From NCBI GenBank assembly GCA_965153355.1, contig OZ231126.1, positions 11,656,001 to 11,720,000 on the forward strand: a stretch of DNA of 64,000 nt. Reading direction: 5' to 3'. Position 1 is the first letter of the stretch. Each line of letters starts with the position of its first letter. Position numbers and translations under genes: made by a program. This stretch comes from Flaccisagitta enflata (Eukaryota). Shown piece after piece: positions 39,597-60,001 of this stretch. The notes under the pieces are model-generated. The model was not told the DNA's origin and did not search any database. It worked only from the letters and a program-made list of their open reading frames with translations.

Positions 39597-42070
39597 CGTG
39601 TGTAGTTTGTTCAATCACATCCTATCAACTTTTCAGGGGACAGTAAACGAGTTTCTCCATGTCTGGCCAAATGCATCTGGAGAACTTTCAAATGGGAAAT
39701 ACTATTCCCAGGTAAATCAATGTCTAGTCTTGTTGCCGGTTGCTCTATTAATTTCATTTTTATTGAGATACAAACCTAGGAATTTTATTAACAATAATCC
39801 AATCCGTACGTTGTGTAGGCTTCTGCTGGGTCCTGGGTATCACTTTTAGCCTTTAACAAGTTGATAAACGTTCGATTTGTTGTTAGGAATAATGTGCGCG
39901 GTGGCCGATGCCTTAAGAGTCACTCAACCTGTTCTTCTGCGATTGCTCATTGGATATTTTCAAGTAAGTGCTAAGTGCAGATGCAGATACAGATGCAACA
40001 GATTACAAATGCAACATGGAAATGCATGTTTATGTTTAAAAAAGTTAAAATGTGTATGTACATGATGGACAGCGAATCATCATATCTGTTTTCACGGGAT
40101 AGCCAGAAAAGTCCGGAGACTTATTTCCATAATCATTAATGTTGTGGCGCCACCGCGCACGATTGTTGGGTTGTTATCTTGTTTTCCTTTAACATGAAAA
40201 CCTGTGCTTTTTGTTTCCAGGTCAATAGTGAGACGACGTACAAAGATGGTGTTTGTTACGCCGTTGCGGTCGTCCTCACGTGCATACTTTATTCCATCTC
40301 CATGCAACATGCAGAATTAGCCAATGAGTTGATTGGCATGAAAATCAGGTAACTGCAGCTATTTTGCCATGCCCTATTTTGCCATGCCAAAGGCAAATGA
40401 GCAACATTGGCGACAAATCGCTTATTCCAAAAAGTTGATCCGATATGATTAGTGGTACAATATACAAGGCCGAATACGCGACAGTCCAGTCCCGGACGGT
40501 TGGGCAGGAGCAGTAATGCGAAAGCCGCTCGGAATTCAAAAGAGATACCGACCGACATGGCAAGATGTAAGGTCTCGTGTCCGCGATTAATTATATATAT
40601 CTCCGGCTACACCCATACTGAAATGATGGGAAGAGGGCATTGCGAACGCTCTGTTTTATACATCGAGTGGCCATAAATCATCATATTGACAGACAGACAT
40701 ACGGACAAATCGTATGGTTGAAATAGGGAGAGTCATGTCACATCGTTGAGATATAAAAAGTGAGGACGCAGTTCATTAATTGATTGATTGATCGTCGTTC
40801 GTTCTTCAATTAAACAGAATCGCCGTTTCTGGTCTTTTGTACAAGAAGTCTCTTCGTTTAGAAAATTCTGCATTCAAGGACACAACAGCGGGACAAATTA
40901 TGTCCTTGATGTCCACAGATGCCATGAAACTGGACCATCCAACGAAATTCCTGCATTACTTCTGGATTGGACCCATTGGTAGGAAATCGAGATGTTTTTA
41001 GATGCGTCCTCGCGTCTCTATGATAGGCTGTGTCTGTCTGTCGGTTGGTCTGTCTGTCTGTAATGCATTTGTAAAAAGCATCAGAATTTTGCATTTTTTC
41101 ATCAGAAAATTCATGCCAACTCAGTAAAAGTAGCATATATAGAATAAATCATTCATTAAATCATTCATTCATTCATAAACAACATTCATTCATAAAAAAC
41201 ATTCATTCAAAAAAAAACTTTCATTCAAAGAGGACGCATCGTTGGCCTACTTAGCTTTGTTACTTTTTAGTCGTGTGCTTCCTCTCTTTTTGCCGTCCGT
41301 CAATCTGTGTACTAGTTTCATCGTTGTGGTTTTTTTTAGCATCTCCCTAAATTTTGTGAGCTTTGATCTTTGAAATCGACGTTGTCCTGATGAACTTGTC
41401 AATATCTTAGTACAAATTGGGTCTTATCAAGAATTAAAGTTTTTTTCTCTATATTAACGGATGTCACATAATACTACTAATGTTACCTCCATTATTATAA
41501 GCACAGTAAGGAGGAATCATTTCATGCCAGTCATGAAACTCACATCCTAATTTTATCACCTTTTCCTCTCCCTTTCACACACTTTATATGACAGAGTCTA
41601 TAACTGTGCTCATTATACTGTACCACACTCTCGGGATTTCGCCTCTCATAGCATTTATGTTGGTTATAGCTCTCATACCATTCCAGGTAAGCCACCTGTC
41701 CAATGCGGGTTGATATACCAGTGAAAGAAACTGAAGAACGAAAATCTGATCTCAATCTACTGGCAAAAACCATTATAGTTGTGGACGGTTGGGCAGGGAC
41801 GGAAAGGACCAAAAAGTAAAGTTGTGACCGCCGGTCTGACCAACGGACCAACGGACTAACGGACAGACCTACCTACCGACCTAAAAGAGGCTCACAGATT
41901 CGCTTGTCGACGATGGGGTGGGCTCTGGGCAGGAGCGATGAAAGATATACGGCGTTGTTTATGTTCAATGTTCATTCAGGTTTGGTTTGGAAAATTCTTT
42001 GCTCTTATGAGGGGAAAAGTTGCGATCAAAGCAGATGAACGCGTAAGGCTCACGAATGAAGCAGTCGCGG
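36308..42070 (+). CDS. ABCC (MRP4/ABCC4-like) ABC transporter, N-terminal 11 exons (~327 aa), truncated at the palindrome centre
   Basis: Phase-consistent GT-AG exons: 36308-36350, 37254-37332, 37753-37830, 38718-38817, 39446-39503, 39637-39711, 39887-39963, 40221-40348, 40818-40978, 41595-41686, 41980-42070. Peptides NPRQKSSLISKVFLSWLN, LDDLPDAQPEDQS, QPVLLRLLIGYF, GMKIRIAVSGLLYKKSLRL...TAGQIMSLMSTD...FLHYFWIGP and DERVRLTNEAVAG match the ABCC4-type lasso and TMD1. No TMD0 is present and no NBD lies in the window. Exons 1-2 are supported by phase only. Confidence 0.9.
36641..36805. repeat. G-rich 18-bp minisatellite (tttaggggtagggttgag) in intron 1
   Basis: Direct inspection; partial mirror at ~47945-48020. 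Confidence 0.8.
37888..38482. mobile_element. 595-bp TA-flanked MITE with ~27-bp TIRs in ABCC intron 3
   Basis: TA|ctatctaggaaaaaagtttggcgacac ... gtgtcgccaaacatatttcctaggtag|TA. Mirror copy at 45846-46438. Confidence 0.8.
38890..39046. mobile_element. Small degenerate TIR MITE
   Basis: cagttgaatcccactccaatgga is an imperfect inverse of tccgttggagcgaggttcaacag; TA follows the right end. Confidence 0.5.
39061..39371. mobile_element. ~310-bp MITE with ~60-bp TIRs in ABCC intron 4
   Basis: cagtcagcggacaaaacataataggtatatatatcatacca...gatccaacat is the inverse of atgttggatc...tggtatgatatatatacctattgtgttttgtccactgactg. Confidence 0.7.
40995..41261 (+). mobile_element. HINE-like element, gatgcgtcctc subfamily
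   Basis: ttttta-gatgcgtcctc-gcgtctcta, (GTCT/GGTT)n, (TTCA)n, gaggacgcatc (11-bp perfect inverse), gttggcctacttagctttgtt. Confidence 0.7.
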
Positions 42071-42210
42071 GTGGGTATTAAATAAATGAATAAATTTATT
42101 AATGATTGAATGAATGAATGAATAAGTAAATGAATTAAGGCCAACACCTTACAATCGCGTGCGGTTGTTAGGACCATAAGACCAAAAGACTAAATGACCA
42201 AAAGACTATG
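42063..42210. other. 148-bp unique spacer of palindrome 2 (last 8 nt of ABCC exon 11 plus start of intron 11)
   Basis: Flanked by cacgaatgaagc and its exact inverse gcttcattcgtg. Contains the gtgggt donor at 42071. Confidence 0.92.
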
Positions 42211-48351
<6,141 letters not shown>

Positions 48352-50353
48352 TTTGATAAGTTAGTGGTCTTGGAGGATGCCATTTAATACACCACAATCA
48401 AAATCATGTCGAAATCCTTTGATTGCGCAACGATATAAATTGATTTTTTCATAAGATGTGTGCCAAAAATGACTTCTTTAAAGATAGTAAGATACTAAGC
48501 TTTGTACTTGTGTTACGTTTCGGGTTATGCGACTTCTTATTGATAATCGGAACCCGTCTTCTGAGGAGCGATTTGACTGGTCGAAAATCCAAAAGGTAAG
48601 TTTAAGCGTAAAATGAGGTTCGACGATTTGATTGGTTGATCCAGTTGACTTTCCTGGAAAAGCGGTTTTGCTTCCCGGAATCGGGCTTGAAGGCCTTTGA
48701 ACTCTTTTTCTGTCTTTGCGAATGCGGATCTCAACTCTTTCTGATCGTCAACCAGACCAAGTTATGGATGCACAATGAAGTTGAGGTAGGCGCTAAGCGG
48801 AGGAACATCGCGTAGATGATTCCTTTACATCATTTGTCTGTCAATATTCAGACGATTGCTTAAAGACTCGGTATGAGAATCAGTTCGCCCGACGGTAGGT
48901 GTGTCGGTCGGTATGAGAATCAGTTCGCCTGACGGTAGGTCTTTCGGTCGGTTCGTAACACTTTTCTGGATAGCGTGAAATCAGGCGAAATAGAATTAAT
49001 AGATATTGCAGATAATAGAGTATAACTACCCCTTTCGCTATAACTAATGCCCCTACCAACTCGAATGAGGGCACCTTTTTATCCGCAAAACTGCCCCTGC
49101 TTAGTACTCACCCTCATTTACCATCGATACTCACCCCTGCCCTTAACCAATCGGGCGTGTATCCCTGCTTGTAGAATTCCCCAAAACAATAACCTTTTCA
49201 GATCTAATTTGCATAAATAACAAATTATCTCTCATTTCCATTGATGTCTAGTGGAGCAAAAACGCCGATGTCTAGAAGAAACAAACCAAGGACAACATAC
49301 TTTGAGAAAAAAAAAGAACAAACAAAAAACTTCCATTGTTTTTCAAAAACTGCATCTGAGAGGAGAGAACTATTCTATTTTCTGCTGCATGAAGCTTTTA
49401 GATTCTAATTCGCCGTCCTGAAATGTCAGTCTACTTGCTTAGCACTCTGCTCAATAGAGTCAGAAATTGGTTTGACTAATGCTTATTTATCACAGAGCAC
49501 CATATGATTAAGTATCTATCAGTAGCCTCTCAACCTAAATCACCTCCTCACCCCATATTCACCCCAAAAAAGTAAGGCAGAACCATGCTTTCTTGACAGC
49601 GCCTTCAACGGTGATCCGGCTTCAGTCACTCATACGCTGCAAGCCTATTTTTTTCTTTTTTTTTGGCCTTTTGTAATGCTAAATTGCCCATGAAGAAATG
49701 GCACATGTTTAGTGGCGAATCAGCATGACTATCACCCCCAAATCACCTCCTAACCACCACTTATTCACGGTAATTCACCTATTTATGCATGTCTTAAAAC
49801 TGCGTACTTAGATCTCTTGATCTTATTTCATTGATTTTTCAAAATGATTTCAGAATGAACTTAGCGATCACTGTCACCTTAAATTATAACCAAGAAAAAA
49901 AAATCCCAAACGCGTGCTTGCATACGAAAAGATGATTTGCACAAAATTGACCATTGATTTCCTAATTGACTACTGATTTCTTAACTTAGGACGAACGCAC
50001 TACTTATCACTTTTGTTCAAAATGTAAAATAATAAAAGATATTGCTCCAACGGATATCACTTTGTTTTTATAATAGCCAATTAAAACATATGAACGGAAA
50101 ACTGTTTATAGCCTAAGAACGTCGTTCGACCCATAATCGATTGCGGTAGCCGACAAAAAGCGAAGACGTCGCCGCAAACACTGGTAAAACTGCAACTAGC
50201 AAAGAATTGGTATACGTATATATTATCACAGCGCCGTTAGCGTTCTCTCGTTATGACATGAGTTTGCTTTGAATGCACTATGACTATCACATCATGTTGT
50301 TCTCTTGTTTCTACGTTGCACTCCGGTGAGCGAAGGACATGGTTCATTTGTCA

Positions 50354-51297
50354 TCACGCTGCACTCCAGTTGGCGAGAATGTTGTCCGAGTTTCGTGAAG
50401 AACGTTCGGAAATGCTGAGCGAAGACGCGTGATGATCTGCCGTTGGCTTCATATCGTCATCAACCGGCGGCAGAGTTGGTGAAGCGCCTCTTCCTCCGCC
50501 GCCGCCGCCTCTCCCGCCGCCGCCGCGGGTCGATTCAACGGCGCTCTCGATGCTAGCCCGCGCTTTTGTTCTTGGTCTGCTTTCGCGCTTACTATCCGCC
50601 TTGACGTTGGCGGAGGGACGGGTAGACTGTGGTGTTGTCTGCGGCTGCTGTTGCTGCTGTTGCTGTCTTTTCTGCCTTTCAATCGTTTCGAGTCTCGAAT
50701 TCCATTCAACTTCTTTGACTTTAAACAGTTTTTCCGCCTGGACCATGGATGGAAGAAGATGAGGAATAGTACAGAACAAGTGACGTGGGGTCACAATATC
50801 GTTGCGAACGGGTGGGCAGGGGCTTCCAACCCCCACTCTCAAACTTACTCAAAAATGTATCTAAAACGCTCGTTTTCCCACTTTTCGACTCGATCGTCAC
50901 GGAAGAACGGACAGACGGACGGACGGACAAAGCCCCTTACAGAGTTGCTTGTCCACAACTACAAAGAGTAAAATATGCGTTCAGTGAGGGATATTGTTTG
51001 ACTTGTTTCATGGTGAACACCTTGCCTGAGTGATTTATCAGTCTATCATTTTCCATGAGCGAACAATGTAGCCCTCATAAATATCTTCAGGGAACGAGTT
51101 TAATCAGATCCCGCATGAGCGGGCTCACCTTTAATCAGATCCCGCATGAGCGGGCTCACCTCGTCCTTGACGTTTCGTCTGCATTCGATGATTTTCTCCA
51201 CATTATTGACTTCCTGATTAAACGACTTTTCTTTGTCTCTTTGAATCTTCCTGACTGAATCGTGAGTTGATGCCGCGACGGCGAATTGATTGTAACG
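50354..51297 (-). CDS. Inverted copy of the coiled-coil/poly-Q gene's last two exons (51297-51160, 50737-50354)
   Basis: Mirror of 33346-34304 with 7 Q instead of 11 and one fewer G; frame intact. Confidence 0.55.
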
Positions 51298-52398
51298 CTG
51301 AAAAATTAATCAATTAATCGTCAGATTAATAGGGATGAGTAATTAATTAGTCTTTCTGAATCATATCTGACTGAATCGTGACTCGCCGAGTTATGGCCAA
51401 TATGTGCGCCTCGATGACTAAGAATGAATGAATGAACGTTTTTTTTAATGAACGTTTTGAATGAATAGAAGGATAAAAGGAATTAATGCATGAATGATTG
51501 AACGACCGAATGAGAACGAAAGTAGGAAGTCGCAAGAGGTAGGAGGAATGAAAAAAAAGATATCGAAATCATCCGTTTTGCACAGTTTTATCGTTAGTGT
51601 GACGGACAGACCAACCAACCGACCGACTGACTGACGGATAAACTCGACCTCTTAGAGATGTGCGAGGAGGCACATTAAAGCAATCAAAAACCGAAAGACT
51701 CATGAACTATTAATCTGTCATAATGATTTTTAAGTGCGTCCACGCACTTCTATAAGAGGTCATGTCCGTCGGTCGGTTGGTTGGTTGGTCGGTCGGTCGG
51801 TTGGTCGGTCGGTCACGCAAACGTTTGAAATGCGCAAAGCGGCAGGGTCTGACGTATTTCTTCATTCCTATCACCATCATGCCCTCACTACATTCATTTT
51901 ATTCATTCATTTCATTCATTCATTCATTCATTCATTCATTCATTCATTCATTCATTCATTCATTCATTCATTCATTCATTCATTCATTCATTCATTCATT
52001 CATTCATATAAAACGTTCTTTCACAAAATCTTAATCAAGCGAGGCGCACTTATTGGCTTCATAGCGCTTGTTTTCCTACTGGAAACGTGACCGGTTGACA
52101 TGACATTTTGGCGACAAAATCCCGATCATTTATGTCGGCGATTAATGATACGTCGAACGGTTCTAGCGTCGATTTGAAGATAACAAGGCCGGATACACGG
52201 GCCAATCCAGTCGCGGATAGTTAGGCAGAGCAGTGGCACAAAAATCCCTCGAAATTCAAAAATGTTTACGTTATGAAGGCGAACAAACCGACCGACACGG
52301 CAAAGGTGTAGACATGAAGTCGCGTGTCCGCGACTAAAAAAGTTACAATTAAGAGTGTGCAGCAAACATGTCACGCCGTGTGCTGGTCTAGCTCTCTT

Positions 52399-52620
<222 letters not shown>

Positions 52621-55028
52621 AACTCTCACTCTGCACTAAACGGGACCTGCAGCGCGTCACGCAACCGAGAATACAGGACATAACATTTTAAGAAGATTGT
52701 TTTTCGTTATCTTTTTTTCGCGTCAAACCTACATCGGAGACCGTAAAGCGGTAAGCTACACTTCTAATCGTGATTTGAATGCCGCGAGAGGATTAAATCT
52801 GGTTTTAAAAATCCCATCGAGCATACATAACCATCACATCTCTCTATCAAAGCCCCATCAATACAAGAACAAAACCCACAACAGGCCTCAATACAAGAAC
52901 GAAACCCACAACAGGCCTGACTTGACAGCCGTTGCAGATACAAAAACCAATCACAAACCAATATTGCTAAGGCGGGACCGACGGTTCGTCGGGCTTAGTA
53001 ACCGACACAGCAACATAGAAAGTTGCGGGTTAGTGAACAATAAAATACTCAATAGTCATAACCAAAGTGAACCGTACATGTAGGTAATGAATCTTGCTTC
53101 TTTTTTGTTTTGTTACGGTTTGCTTCTTGAATTTATCTCCTTGATTATAAAAAGAAAAAAAATTGCGTCAATTACTCTCACACTTAGTTTATTCCTTGTT
53201 TTTACCACGGATGTAAAACGTTTATATGAGAACTTCCATCGTATCGTATATGAGAATCGTTTATTTTTAGTCGCGTGCTACGCGACTCTATACCCCGCTT
53301 TGTCCGTCCGTCGGTCGGTCGATCGGTTGGTCGGTCCCCATTTTACTTTTTTTATGTTTTTGCGGTCTTTGGCCTCACTGCTCCTTGCCAAATGCTTTAG
53401 TAACTCAAATACTGCCCCTGCCCACCCGCACGCGACTGAGGTAGCCGTGTATCCGGCCTTGTTTATTCACAAACGGATACGACCGAGACCGAGACCGATG
53501 CTTCCGTTGCTCTCCTAAAAGTTGGCCCCAGGGGACTTGTGAAATTGAATGAAACAACCGGGGATGATAAATGGAAGCGGAGGGACGGGGGTGGGGGTGG
53601 GGGCAGGGGGGGACGGCAGAAGAGGCCCGGCACAGTGAATACATACATACATACATATAGATATACATACATACATACATACATACATACATACATACAT
53701 ACATACATACATACATACACATACATACATACATACATACATACATACATACATACATACATACATACCATACATCCTTGTACATGCCATACATACATAC
53801 ATACATACATACATACATACATACATACATACATACATACATACATACATAAATCTAAAAAAATGTTACCGACCGTCTAACAGAACGCGCCCACTTAGAA
53901 ATTTTTATCAATGAAAATAGTGAAAACTCCTAAGTCGAAATCCATTTCATTCAGCCCGCCCGTGTGAAAAATTGTAAATGGACGTTTTGAGGTGCTACTG
54001 CCAGAATGATCGTCTGCTCAACACTGTCAGTCTGTCTTTTAAAAAGGAATGAATGTATAGTAAAATATGCATGTACAAATGAATAAATGAATGGACGAAT
54101 GAATGTATGAATGCATGAATGAATGAATGAATGAATGAATGAATGAATGAATGAATGAATGAATGAAAGAAGGGAAGAATGGATGGAAACCGTGGGCAGA
54201 TGAATGAATGAATTTATTTATCAATGATTGAATAAATAAGTGAATGAATGAATGAAAGAAGGAAAGAATGGATGGAATTCGCGGGCAGATGAATGAATGA
54301 ATGAATGAATTAATTTGTCAAGGAATGAATAAAAAAATGAATGAATGAATGAATGAATGAATGAAAGAAGGAAAGAATGGATGGAATTCGCGGGCAGATT
54401 AATGAATGAATGATTTATTTATCAATGAATGAATAAATGAATGAATGAATGAATGAATGAATGAATGAATGAATGAATGAATGAATGAATGAATGAATGA
54501 TCGAATGAATGAGTGAATGAATGAATGAACGAAAGAAGGAAAGAATGGATGGAATTCGCGGGCAGATGAATGAATGAATGTATGAATGAATTAGTTAATG
54601 AATTAATGATTGAATAAATGAATGAAAGAGTGAATGTCTTCGTCACCATTGTCGCGCACTTGTGTTTTGATGACGACAGACAAACAGTGGCTACCTGTAT
54701 ATAGCTGTAAGCCTGTAAGAGTTGCGAGGACATAGCAACAAATCTGAGTAATAACGTGATCGCGATTCTATATATATCTTTCACATCGGAGCAAGCAGGG
54801 AGGGGATGGTAACTTATGCTTAAGCATACTTTACTCACTGGGACGGAAACAACGACTTTTACTGTGTAAATAAGTTTTTTGCAAGCCCACCATTTCTGTT
54901 CACCACGCACAGCCGAAAAAATCTCAAATACACATTCAATCTCTGTCTCACACAACCCGTCACACACATTCAATCACAAACACACAGAGACACACACACT
55001 GAGACACACACACACACACACACACAGA

Positions 55029-55085
<57 letters not shown>

Positions 55086-55210
55086 CGGCGTAGGAAGAGG
55101 GACTTCCGGGACTTCCACGGAAGTCCCTGTTGTCGGGACACCAAAGTTGTCGGGACACCAAGAAAGAAAAAGAAAGGAAGAAGAAAAAAAATAAAAGAAA
55201 TAAAAAAAAA

Positions 55211-55326
<116 letters not shown>

Positions 55327-55383
55327 CAGAGACAGAGAGATAGAGACAGAGAGAGGAAGAGACAGACAGACAGATAGACTTAA

Positions 55384-56574
55384 CCATAGCACAAAAAAAA
55401 ACGGAACAAAATGTTTTTTTAAAGATTGAGATTCATCTAATACCATCTTGGCCATAAATATAAGAACAGCTTCAAAGTGTCATAACTCGCTTAATTCTAA
55501 TTGCATAGAGATGATTTTTTTTTTCAAAATTTGCATCTTCAAAAAATCTATCAAATGAGACCAAACTGGTTCCTGTACCTTTTTTCGTTTAGAAATGACA
55601 GCCAAATGAATAAAACGTTTGCTTTTTGCAAGAGTGGTTGGGCAAATCTTTCTTAGTATATGGAAAATGGTGCACCGGCACTCTACGCCAAGTATACTTT
55701 AAGATCGACGAGCTAAGCTTGTCTAGGGTTAGCCCACATCAATTTGGATCTCTATCCAATTGAGAACTCAAAGATTCAAACGAAAAACCTGCAGAAACAG
55801 GGGAAATCAACATGCAAAGCAGGGCTGAAATGAATCACATAATTGGTTTGAAACAACATAACTCCAGAGTACCTCCAGTCTCTCTACGAGTCAATGCCAA
55901 AGTGAATGCAGGTGTTGGTGTATGCCCAACATGGTCAAACTAGATATTAGATGCAGTCTAATATGTTTGCTGCCCACTTCTAGTCAATAAATCACCAAAT
56001 ACACCTACTGTTCTTATATTTATGGCCAAGATGGTATGAAAAAAATAGCAAAATCCATGACCGTTTGAAAGCTCTGCGAAAGATCTTCAAAATGAGACCA
56101 AGCTGGTTGTTCTTTCTTTATTCGTTAAGAAATGACATAACATTAAAGAAGAGGTGGTCATGAATGTGAAAGTTGAAGTCAAAGAAGTTGTTCCTCTTTG
56201 TTATTTCATATAAAAGATGGAAAAATTAATAATTTGAACTTTTTTTTTTAGATGATTTTAAAGATTTTTTAATTTTCTTTCATTCTAGACCAATCCCAGA
56301 TCTGTATCTCAAACCGTTTAAAAGTTACAGCTTGTCAAAGTGATCAACTTTATTTTCAAAACCTTTGTATTCAATCTGACCGCAGATTGAAATGGGCAAT
56401 GTTTTCATTCATTCTAACGCCATTTCTAGACGGATAAACCTAGAATGACCAGCAACGTCGCATTTGAAAGATCTTTTGCAGAGCTTTCAAATGGTCATGA
56501 ATTTTTTATAGTTTGAGTCTTCACTTAAGCAAAAATCATCAAAACAAGTTGTTCCGTTTTTTTTTGTGCTATGG
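55384..56574. mobile_element. ~1.19 kb non-autonomous TIR element with a TTAA-like target site
   Basis: TTAA|ccatagcacaaaaaaaaacggaacaa ... ttgttccgtttttttttgtgctatgg|TTAG. A piggyBac-type target site is suggested but imperfect. Mirror at ~28155-29345. Confidence 0.55.
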
Positions 56575-57198
56575 TTAGACATTAAAAAATTAAAAACTTT
56601 AAAAAAGAAGAAAGAAAGAAAGTAAAAAAGAAGACACACTGAATGATATATTTGCATGCATAGTAAAATTGTCATGTCATTAAATACTCACCTAGGTTAT
56701 GTATTTGCATTCTCAATATTGCGATTACCTTCACTCATACAGTCATCCATCCTTTAAATCAAAGTTGCAAGAACAAATCTTCTTTTTTACATATTTCAGT
56801 CAATGCTACAATTATCATAAAAGGTCTAAAGATAAAGAAGCAATTTATAAAGCAATCAAAATTCAGTGGTTTTCAAGCTTTAATTGCCTAAAAAGAGGGA
56901 TGTAGGGGAGCGAATTGGGTAAAAGAAAAAAAATAGAAATGAAGCTGTGGACTAGCTAAGAGAGGAAAAAAAATTCTATTCTCTCTTACCAGGTGTGATT
57001 AGGCTTAATTCCACTTATCTAAGATCTCAAAGTAAACAAAAGTATCATAGTAATAACTATTTCTTGCTATTCTTAAGAAAAAAACATGTTAATTTTCTGT
57101 TGGGACACCAAATTTTTCGGACACTAGTTAGAGGGTGGAAGTCCCAAAAAATCCAGGTCTCCTACGCCGCTGCACACACACACACACACGCACGCACG

Positions 57199-57422
<224 letters not shown>

Positions 57423-58417
57423 ATTATTTTTTTCCGCCACCCATGACCAAAACCTTTTCAACCATCTTATCTCTTGCATGAGTTCTTAGCAAAAGACCTT
57501 TCTTTATTTTGTTTGCTTTAAAAATTTTAAAATTTAATGAAAAATCTAGGACGTAAAACTTTTCTTATTTACTCCCGCACATGGAGTTTTGCCCCAGATG
57601 CTTGGTTTATATTACTTTGATACTCGTTTCTCTTTCTTCGATTGTTTGTCTACACTTTTTTTTCTTATAAGAACGTCACTTTTTGGGCAAGCCTTCAATG
57701 TTCAATTTTAGGCAGTTTCAAAGCTTAAATGTTCTTAAATTGTTCCTAATCAAAAGCATCTTTTAACCTTCAATTAAGAACGTTCTTAATTCAAGTTTGT
57801 CTCATGAGAAAAAATGAAGGAAAATTTCAAAGCAGCAGGTTTGAATGTTTTAACTGAAAGTAAAGAATAATGAAAATACAATGAAATGGGGTGTTAAAAA
57901 CAAAAAAAATATATATCTTTTTTAAGTAAAAACTTTCCTACATTTTTTTGCGTGTTCTTGAATTTTTGAAGATTTTAAGCCTAATGTTCTTAAATTCTTG
58001 AAAAAATAAAGCCTTCCAATGTTCTTAGCATGTTCTTAAATCTAAAATTTTGATGATTTTAAGCCTAATGTTCTTTTAAACTTGGTTCTTATAACATAAT
58101 ACGTAATACGTTCTTATAACATAATAATATGAGAAAAAAAGTGTAGTCTGTTCTTTTCTACTTTCTGTTATTTTGTCTTTCTGTCTGTCTGTTTGTCTCC
58201 GCTTCTCTATTAGCGAGTGTTTTTTCCCATCAGGGTGAGATTTGACGGATTGTGTATTTCGCTTTGCCTTTGTTTTCCCTCCCTGGCTTTTGTATTTCTG
58301 GTTTTGTTGTGCTTTCATTTATCTTTTGTTTTTGTTAAGGATATTTGCCATTGCCGACGTATATGTCTATTTATCTCTCCCTCTTTCTCTGTCTCCCTCC
58401 AACTCTATCTCTGTATC

Positions 58418-58481
<64 letters not shown>

Positions 58482-58595
58482 ATTCATTTCCCATAAAGTG
58501 CGACATTTAGAGAGAGAAATTGCTTTTATAACTCTCATATCAATTTCTCTTAAATTTCAAAGTCGCTCCACATGGAAATAAGATTTGTTTGTAGC

Positions 58596-58738
58596 AGAAG
58601 AAGAAGAGATAGAAGAAGAAGAAGAGGAAGAAGAAGAAGAAGTAGAAGAAGAAGAAGAAGAAGAAGAAGAAGAAGAAGAAGAAGAAGAAGAAGAAGAAGA
58701 AGAAGAAGAAGAAGAAGAAGAAGAAGAAGAAGAAGGTG

Positions 58739-58831
<93 letters not shown>
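58596..58831. repeat. (GAA)n followed by (GA)n
   Basis: Direct inspection. Confidence 0.95.
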
Positions 58832-58835
<4 letters not shown>

Positions 58836-59467
58836 GAAGATACTAAAACCAATGTTTGCGCGCAAGAACGCGGGCAACGCATGCCTGCAAATGCAAGAGA
58901 TTGTTTTCCCTTTAAGATGCGTTGTAACGCGTTGTTCTCCCCTGCGCCGTCCCCTTTTCCATCCCGCGTCTCGCCACGTCCCGTCTCGCCACGTCCCGTC
59001 TCGCCACGTCCCGTCTCGCAATGATATGTTCAACCACGTCACGTTTAAATGGGATTGTTCTACTCATCGTAACAGCCTTAGAATATTATTGCTCGTCGCT
59101 CTTCCACGTCCCGTCTCGCCACGTCCCGTCTCGCCACGTCCTGAATCGATATCTCACAATGATATGTTCAACCACGTCACGTTTAAATGGGATTGTTCTA
59201 CTCATCGTAACAGCCTTAGAATATTATTGCTCGTCGCTCTTCCCGTCTGTATGTCTGTCTGTCTGTCTGTCTGCCTGCCTCTGTCTTTTTACTGTTTAAC
59301 TGTCTATTCCTTACTTTCTATTTCTTTTCCTCATTTGTGTGAAAGTATCTATAGGTATATATAGGTAATCGAACCCTTTGAGTCCGCTGTCCTCCCCCCT
59401 CACCAAACTTTAATATACAAATTACTCAAACAGGGCACGGATTCCACTGACCTTGTGAGTTTCTTTC

Positions 59468-59678
59468 TTTTTTTTAGTTGCGGACACGCAACTCTATAAG
59501 AGGCTTTGTCCGTCCGTTCGTCCGTCGGTCCGTCCTTCTGTCGGTCCGTCCGTCTGTCCATCAGCACGAGTCGAAAACTGGTAAAACAAGCGTTTTAGAA
59601 CATTTTTAGATGCGGACAATTGCATTTCCGCCCCTGCCCACGGGTCCGCAACTGGTGGCCGTGTATCTGGCCTTGTTT
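59468..59678 (+). mobile_element. HINE-like element, agttgcggac subfamily
   Basis: ttttt-agttgcggac-acgcaact-cta, (GTCC)n, gcccctgcccacgg, gtccgcaact (10-bp perfect inverse), ggtggccgtgtatctggccttgttt. Confidence 0.75.
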
Positions 59679-60001
59679 CCCTTCTTTCTTTCTTAATTTC
59701 TTTCTTTCTTTCTGGGGTTCGAGTAAAAATAATCACACATATGAATATGATGTCCTGTCATGTTTTGATCATTTTCTCATTTTTGTCTGTCCGTCCGTCC
59801 GTCCGTCCATCCGTCCGTCTGTCCGTCCGTCTGTCCGTCCGTCCGAAATATTCTTGAATCGCGAGCAGTTTTGGCATTACTGCCCCAGCCCAACCGTCCG
59901 CAACTGTCTTGTCGTGTATCCGGCCTTGTTCTTCACGAGCGACACGGATGAATGGCCACTAGTCCGCGGCCAAGAACCAAACTTGACTTTGTTTCTGTTT
60001 G

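Noticed and set aside
41540-41851. 103-aa minus-strand ORF, identical to 42422..42733
   Set aside because: Antisense to ABCC exon 10 and its introns; identity is due to the palindrome.
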